Source: an uncultured virus (IMG/VR IMGVR_UViG_3300027278_000006) (taxonomy: Duplodnaviria; Heunggongvirae; Uroviricota; Caudoviricetes). From it: a stretch of 64,000 nt of DNA. The position numbers and the translations under genes are program-made. Below the pieces are notes generated by a model, which did no database searches, was not told where the DNA came from, and saw nothing but the letters and a program-made list of their open reading frames with translations. Below are positions 59,667 through 64,000 of the stretch, in pieces. The stretch covers positions 62,001 to 126,000 of IMG/VR virus record IMGVR_UViG_3300027278_000006; one strand, 5' to 3'. Each line of letters begins with the position of its first letter. Position 1 is the stretch's first letter.

Positions 59667-59672
59667 ACCCGC

Positions 59673-59939
59673 TCAGAAGCGGGCAGCGAGCGGGGAGTGA
59701 CCCACCCCATTCAGGCGGCGGTCACGGGCAGCGGCAATTCGGTCTGCCTTTGCCTGAGCGGCGAAGCGTTGGGCGTTGGTGGTCTTGTCTCCGACCCACT
59801 GCCGACCCAGACCGGTTACGGGGGTCAGGGTCATGCCACGCCCCGAACCGTTGGCAGAGTTGACTGCCATAGAGGCACGAACGCCATCGGCGCCGGAACC
59901 CAGATGACCGATGGCGGTGTGTTGGTTGTGAAGTGCCAT
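59673..59939 (-). CDS. Cassette ORF, 88 aa Ala/Gly/Arg-rich (start MALHNQH)
   Basis: Follows promoter TGC-TACAAT-TCACTCAGTTC. Confidence 0.6.
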   Translation of the reverse strand: MALHNQHTAIGHLGSGADGVRASMAVNSANGSGRGMTLTPVTGLGRQWVGDKTTNAQRFAAQAKADRIAAARDRRLNGVGHSPLAARF

Positions 59940-60018
59940 GATGGGGGGGGGTGTGAACTGAGTGAATTGTAGCACGAATGGGGTCAGAACCCCAACCAGA
60001 CCAGGAACGACCAGAGGG

Positions 60019-60231
60019 TCACCCCAGAGCATAACGGTTCAACCACTGCCCAACGCTCTGCTGCGGATTGAGCAGGCGGAGCATATCACGGCGGCGGACG
60101 GTATGGGTGCTGAGGTGACCCGACCGCCAGAAGACGGTGATATTGCGCTTCCGGAAGCGAAGGCGGAGTTCAGAGCAGGCGCTGCTCGGTACGTCCTGCC
60201 AGATGATGACGGTGTAGAGGGGGTTACGCAT
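60019..60231 (-). CDS. Cassette ORF, KTSC-like 70-aa protein
   Basis: VPSSACSELR...TVFWRSG...V...DMLRLL..QSVGQWLNRY resembles the KTSC pattern. Confidence 0.5.
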   Translation of the reverse strand: MRNPLYTVIIWQDVPSSACSELRLRFRKRNITVFWRSGHLSTHTVRRRDMLRLLNPQQSVGQWLNRYALG

Positions 60232-60306
60232 GAGGGTCGGTTGCTTGTGAACTGAGAGAATCATACCACGAATCGGGGGCAGGGAACGAACCCCACCCCC
60301 ACGAAC

Positions 60307-60552
60307 TCACCCCAACCAGGTCAGGCGCTTTGCTTCGGGGTTACAGTAGAACTGATGACCCGGACCCTGCCAACCCACGAACGGGGTGTGAAGGTCTGCC
60401 AACTCAACGGCGGATAGACCATCGGACTCCATGGAGCGACCCAGCACATCATCACGGTGGGAGTTGAGTTGCGGGCGACCCTTGGAAACGTTGCGGGAGA
60501 CCCATACGGTCTGGCGGGTCTGAAGGTCGGTTGCTGGAGAGAAGAGTGCCAT
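60307..60552 (-). CDS. Cassette ORF, 81 aa (start MALFSPAT)
   Basis: Follows promoter TGC-TATGAT-TCTCTCAGTTC. Confidence 0.6.
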   Translation of the reverse strand: MALFSPATDLQTRQTVWVSRNVSKGRPQLNSHRDDVLGRSMESDGLSAVELADLHTPFVGWQGPGHQFYCNPEAKRLTWLG

Positions 60553-60599
60553 CGGTGTTGGTTGGTTTGGAACTGAGAGAATCATAGCATGGAATGGGG

Positions 60600-60764
60600 T
60601 CAGAGGGAAACCCACCCCTGCTTAATGCGGCGCTCAAGGTGGCGGGCAGCAAGGTCCTCTTTACGGGTCATCGCTGCCTGACCGGGACGGGGACCACGGC
60701 GGGGCAGGCGGGTGACCTTGAATTCTCCGGAGGCAATGGCAGCGGTCAGTTCGGCAGAGGTCAT
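60600..60764 (-). CDS. Cassette ORF, 54 aa Arg-rich
   Basis: Manual translation MTSAELTAAIASGEFKVTRLPRRGPRPGQAAMTRKEDLAARHLERRIKQGWVSL. Confidence 0.6.
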   Translation of the reverse strand: MTSAELTAAIASGEFKVTRLPRRGPRPGQAAMTRKEDLAARHLERRIKQGWVSL

Positions 60765-60810
60765 CGGGGTCGGTGTCGGTGGAACTGATAGTATTGTAGC
60801 AGATCAGGGG

Positions 60811-61041
60811 TCAGGCAGCAGTCAGAACCCGTCCGACCCGCAAATCATAAACCTTAGGGGTTTTGGTGACCTGATCGGGTCCGACCTGCTCAACGGTTGC
60901 CCGCTTGATATTGATTCCGTTGGAGGGGTTGCCCAACAGACGATATCCCATCTGAGGGGAAACGCCCTCGGGGAAGCGGACGAACTGAACCATAGGAGTG
61001 ACCTTGTTTCGGCGGGAGAAGCGGGTAACCTTGAGGATCAT
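60811..61041 (-). CDS. Cassette ORF, 76 aa basic (start MILKVTRF)
   Basis: Follows promoter TGC-TACAAT-ACTATCA. Confidence 0.6.
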   Translation of the reverse strand: MILKVTRFSRRNKVTPMVQFVRFPEGVSPQMGYRLLGNPSNGINIKRATVEQVGPDQVTKTPKVYDLRVGRVLTAA

Positions 61042-61075
61042 CGGGATTGGTTGCGGTTGATAGTATTGTAGCAGG

Positions 61076-61228
61076 TCAGCGGGGCAATGGGGGGCAGTCC
61101 AGCGAACCGCTACGGTGGCAGATTTCCGCCTGCTCCGCTTCCAGTGTGGCGCCGATGGTGGAGAGGGCAGCGTTGCCAATCATCAGGCAGAGGGCACAGA
61201 ATCCGATGGGGAACAGAGCGCGGGTCAT
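61076..61228 (-). CDS. Cassette ORF, 50 aa with a hydrophobic N-terminal helix
   Basis: Manual translation MTRALFPIGFCALCLMIGNAALSTIGATLEAEQAEICHRSGSLDCPPLPR. Confidence 0.55.
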   Translation of the reverse strand: MTRALFPIGFCALCLMIGNAALSTIGATLEAEQAEICHRSGSLDCPPLPR

Positions 61229-61278
61229 TCGGGTCGGTTGCGGTTGATAGTATTGTAGCAGGTCGGGGGCAGGACCCC

Positions 61279-61458
61279 TCAGATTCCGTTGAGGAAGTCT
61301 GCCAGTGCCTCATCGTATTCTGCTTTGGTTTGGAAGGTCCGCCCGTGGATGGTTCGGGGATACGTGGCATCCAAACCAGCGGCAGCAACGTTCCGGCAGT
61401 CCTGCTCATCGTATCCCATTTCAATCAGGGTTGCGACGTAGGGGTTGAAGGCGGTCAT
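61279..61458 (-). CDS. Cassette ORF, 59 aa acidic
   Basis: Manual translation MTAFNPYVATLIEMGYDEQDCRNVAAAGLDATYPRTIHGRTFQTKAEYDEALADFLNGI. Confidence 0.65.
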   Translation of the reverse strand: MTAFNPYVATLIEMGYDEQDCRNVAAAGLDATYPRTIHGRTFQTKAEYDEALADFLNGI

Positions 61459-61548
61459 TTGGTCTCGGTTCGTTTGGTATGCTTTAGTCTACAGGGTCAG
61501 GGGTCCCGGTCCCGGTGACCCGGTGCCAGTCTGGCAATTGGTTAGGTA

Positions 61549-61698
61549 TCAGAACTGAATCTCACTTAGAGTAGGATTAGCAGCGGAATCAGGACTGACA
61601 CTATCAGAAACCCCATCAACAATTGAATCAAGAATCTGGAGAATTTGCTCACCATTGGAACCCTTAGCAAGGAGTGAGAGGAGGACATCGCGGGACAT
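61549..61698 (-). CDS. 49-aa acidic ORF preceded by a pseudoknot rather than a promoter cassette
   Basis: Manual translation MSRDVLLSLLAKGSNGEQILQILDSIVDGVSDSVSPDSAANPTLSEIQF. Confidence 0.55.
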   Translation of the reverse strand: MSRDVLLSLLAKGSNGEQILQILDSIVDGVSDSVSPDSAANPTLSEIQF

Positions 61699-61728
61699 AA
61701 TGTAGAAAGAAAAATGTTAATGAAAGTG

Positions 61729-61760
61729 TGGGAGAAGTTTAGAGTCATTCTCCCAGGACT
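61729..61760 (-). other. Predicted H-type RNA pseudoknot in an intergenic leader
   Basis: AGUC-C-UGGGAGAA-U-GACU-CUAAAC-UUCUCCCA (S1 4 bp, L1 1 nt, S2 8 bp). Confidence 0.5.
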
Positions 61761-61766
61761 TGAGAT

Positions 61767-62027
61767 TTAGAAGTCGAAAATGTCGCCGTTGATTTCTGCG
61801 CGGTTGACTTTAGGGTCAGTCCATTTCACACCGTCGCGGGTCTCTTTGGCACCACAATCATACATCAATTCAAGCAGTTCTTCATAGCAGCAGATATCAC
61901 GTTCTGCGATAGCATCCTGAACGCAAGCATCATTCTGAATCCAGAGAGCTACGTTCCAGGTTTCATAATTGGTCCAACCGTTATAAGTTTGGTCGGTCAG
62001 GCAGGTCTGGTAGGTGGTGACGGTCAT
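61767..62027 (-). CDS. Cassette ORF, 86 aa, YNGWTNYETW family phage protein
   Basis: MTVTTY...YNGWTNYETWNVALWIQND...ETRDGVKWTD. Confidence 0.75.
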   Translation of the reverse strand: MTVTTYQTCLTDQTYNGWTNYETWNVALWIQNDACVQDAIAERDICCYEELLELMYDCGAKETRDGVKWTDPKVNRAEINGDIFDF

Positions 62028-62101
62028 TTGCTTGGGTTGTTTGGTATGAATCAATTATAAGGGGTGGAGAGGGTGCCAGGGGCACCCGATGTGCCAGTGC
62101 C

Positions 62102-62299
62102 TCAGGCGGCACACAGCAGTGCCGATTCCATATTCACCTCCCGAACATCCATCTTGGAGTAATCATAACCCTCCTGCTCCTCAAGATACACAAGGTATGC
62201 ATTTGCAGTGGAGAAGCAGTCAAACAAGCGGAGCGATTTGAAGTCCTCACCTTCATAATCAAAACCACCGATGACAGCGTAGACTTTAGTGATTTGCAT
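62102..62299 (-). CDS. Cassette ORF, 65 aa acidic (start MQITKVYAV)
   Basis: VYAVIGGFDYEGEDF..LRLFDC; follows a promoter cassette. Confidence 0.7.
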   Translation of the reverse strand: MQITKVYAVIGGFDYEGEDFKSLRLFDCFSTANAYLVYLEEQEGYDYSKMDVREVNMESALLCAA

Positions 62300-62380
62300 T
62301 TGCTTGGGTTGCGTGGTATGAATCAATTATAAGGGGTGGAGAGGGGTCCTGGGAGACCCCGTGTGCCACTAGGGCAACTG

Positions 62381-62575
62381 TCACATCCAACCGCAGCGGG
62401 GGCAGGCAGGATGACCATTACAACCGCAGCGGGGCAGGGTGAGAATACCTATCAGGGTGTTGAGGTTACGCTCATCAGCGGTGCCTGCCTTACGGTCTGC
62501 CTCAGCGATGGCAGCGGCAGCGATGGCACGGGACTGGGCGGCACGGTCCTGAGCGGTGATGGCGTTGCGGGTCAT
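62381..62575 (-). CDS. Cassette ORF, 64 aa: Ala-rich helix plus C-terminal Zn-finger-like motif
   Basis: CGCNGHPACPRCG at the C-terminus. Confidence 0.65.
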   Translation of the reverse strand: MTRNAITAQDRAAQSRAIAAAAIAEADRKAGTADERNLNTLIGILTLPRCGCNGHPACPRCGWM

Positions 62576-62646
62576 TCGGGTCGGTTCGTTTGGTATGAAT
62601 CAATTATAAGGGGTCAGAGGGGGCATCAGGTGCCCCCTGTGTGCCA

Positions 62647-62814
62647 CTACTGAAGGTGGGCGAACTGTGCCAGCGATGAGGGGCAGATGTGGGAGGGTGA
62701 CCCGCAGGAGCGGTAGAAGTCTACCATCCGCTCCGCTTCGGGAAGGGTGGGGAACCACTGGGAGCGCCACTCGGTCTGGTTGTAGGGGGTCTGGTAGCGG
62801 ACTTCGATTCGCAT
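62647..62814 (-). CDS. Cassette ORF, 55 aa
   Basis: Manual translation MRIEVRYQTPYNQTEWRSQWFPTLPEAERMVDFYRSCGSPSHICPSSLAQFAHLQ. Confidence 0.65.
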   Translation of the reverse strand: MRIEVRYQTPYNQTEWRSQWFPTLPEAERMVDFYRSCGSPSHICPSSLAQFAHLQ

Positions 62815-62894
62815 CGGTTGGGTTGTTTGGTATGAATCAATTATAAGGGGTCGGAGGGTGCCAGCGGACCCCCAGTGTGCCAGCGGTCAGACTG

Positions 62895-63479
62895 TCACAG
62901 GACCTCCTTCCCGAACTTGCCACAGAGGTAAAATGCCATACCCTTATCTTTGAGGGTGCAATTTGCAAAGGTCAGAGGAACATAGCGACCGTTAGTTTTA
63001 GATGCTTTGGTGCGGATTTGCAGCAGTCCGTTAGGTCCGGTGATAGTGTTGAGTATACTGCCAGAGTCAAATGAACTGCGGATGGTATCACAAATGAAGG
63101 TGTAATCCTCTGCCAGTTCCTGATAGTGCTCAGGGTGAGTCTCAGGATTCAGAACCTCAGTACCCACATAATCATTGGCACGGGTGAAACCAACGTAGAT
63201 GGTCTGAGATAGTTTTTCTCCTACCTTACTATCAGTGAAACTAACACCGTCTTCGATGATTTCAGAGAGGCAGTGCTTCAACTGTGTGACGGCGATAGAC
63301 TCACCAACTGTGAAAGTCTTAAGTTCACCGTCCACCAAATCTTTCAGGTTGGAACTGTTAGGAATGCCAAGGGCAGTTTCAATCAGTTGCCCACGCGAAC
63401 CTTTGTTTTTACCGGGTTTGGCAAATGCATCAAAGTTGGTGACCTTGAGTTGAGCGGCGACTTGGAGAGTGTTGAGCAT
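62895..63479 (-). CDS. MutH/Sau3AI-family PD-(D/E)XK endonuclease
   Basis: KNKGSRGQLIETALG...KDL.DGELKT and LLQIRTK...AFYL correspond to MutH-family DKG..G...E..LG, ELKT, LQIRPK and GFYL motifs. Confidence 0.75.
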   Translation of the reverse strand: MLNTLQVAAQLKVTNFDAFAKPGKNKGSRGQLIETALGIPNSSNLKDLVDGELKTFTVGESIAVTQLKHCLSEIIEDGVSFTDSKVGEKLSQTIYVGFTRANDYVGTEVLNPETHPEHYQELAEDYTFICDTIRSSFDSGSILNTITGPNGLLQIRTKASKTNGRYVPLTFANCTLKDKGMAFYLCGKFGKEVL

Positions 63480-63553
63480 CGGGTGGGTTGCTTATGAATC
63501 AATTATAAGGGGTCAGAGGGGGGAAGGTCAACCCCCCGAACCATCAGTGTTGC

Positions 63554-64000
63554 TTATGCGACCTGAAACCTCCCGTGATTGAAGTTAGCATAGCTGAAGA
63601 CCTCACGATTGACCAGTTTGAACATACCAAACTCATTGGTCATCACATAACCCTCAGAATCAATACGGTTGCCGTTGATGTATGCTGCGGGACCACTATT
63701 GCGGCACAGGAACAAACAATCATCTTTGATTGACTTCACTAGTGCCCACAGTCCAATCAGTTTAGGGTCACAATCAAAGTCCTCAAACGTTTGGGCAATG
63801 ATAGCATCACCGGCACGAATACAGGCATTCAGTTGTTTCTTAATCTTTGCTGCTTGCTTGTCAGAAACAAACTCTACAGCAAGTGCCATAGCACGGGTAA
63901 ACTTTACCACTTCCTCAACATCAGCGAAGGACTCCTGATTGTGAAGGATATAAGTATCTGGTTTGACAAACTTTACGCTGTCGGTATCATTCCATATGGC
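63554..64000 (-). CDS. DUF6267-like cyanophage protein, C-terminal part (5' end outside the window)
   Basis: Frame is open to the window edge; ends EGYVMT...FKLVNREVFSYANF. Confidence 0.65.
   Translation of the reverse strand, partial: AIWNDTDSVKFVKPDTYILHNQESFADVEEVVKFTRAMALAVEFVSDKQAAKIKKQLNACIRAGDAIIAQTFEDFDCDPKLIGLWALVKSIKDDCLFLCRNSGPAAYINGNRIDSEGYVMTNEFGMFKLVNREVFSYANFNHGRFQVA

Larger units (their letters stand above)
59955..63512 (-). repeat. Array of 12 related promoter/leader cassettes, one before almost every small ORF
   Basis: Plus-strand copies: TATGAATCAATTATAAGGGG x5 (62045, 62317, 62594, 62831, 63493); TGATAGTATTGTAGCAG x3 (60786, 61058, 61245); GAACTGAGAGAATCATA x2 (60249, 60570) plus a variant at 59955; TAGACT variant at 61486. 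Confidence 0.9.

Noticed and set aside
60811..61179. Long track versions of cassette ORFs (also 59673-60032, 60019-60264, 60307-60615, 61767-62054, 62102-62326)
   Set aside because: The N-terminal extensions run through the promoter repeats; the ATG right after each leader is the consistent start
61566..61748. Track ORF MTLNFSHTF... as the gene in this interval
   Set aside because: It starts inside the pseudoknot; the 61549-61698 frame has a better-placed ATG and ends at the next cassette, like the other units
59955..63512. Repeat array read as a CRISPR array
   Set aside because: The intervening segments are 150-600 bp open reading frames of variable length, the repeats contain -10 boxes, and no cas genes are present
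146..63938. Plus-strand ORFs in the track (e.g. 4001-4627, 16531-17049, 26494-27123, 61087-61518)
   Set aside because: They are antisense shadows of well-supported minus-strand genes, with no recognisable motifs or expression signals

Overview
This 64 kb window comes from a T4-like cyanomyovirus (Kyanoviridae-type), and essentially every credible gene is on the minus strand. In the direction of transcription (right to left) it has four parts. (1) ~59.6-64 kb is a GC-rich early-type island: 13 mostly tiny ORFs, 12 of them with their own copy of a repeated stem-loop/-10 promoter cassette, including a MutH/Sau3AI-like nuclease and a KTSC-like protein. (2) ~57-59.5 kb is a small accessory cluster (AbrB-like, GT-A glycosyltransferase-like, PRTase-like, speD). 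(3) ~13-57 kb is the late virion/packaging module: gp25, gp6, gp7, gp8, a VrlC-like protein, gp13-gp23 and gp3. It also holds an unannotated NblA-like ORF, candidate capsid-internal (poly)proteins, and a class 3 LAGLIDADG intein in the large terminase. (4) 1-13 kb holds recombination, replication and transcription genes (uvsY, uvsW, gp55, gp47, gp46, a VWA/HEXXH + MoxR/CobS-like AAA pair, gp45 partial). Three free-standing GIY-YIG homing endonucleases lie at 8.9, 12.2 and 13.9 kb. I saw no tRNA, rRNA or CRISPR array. All product calls come from motif recognition by eye, not from database searches.
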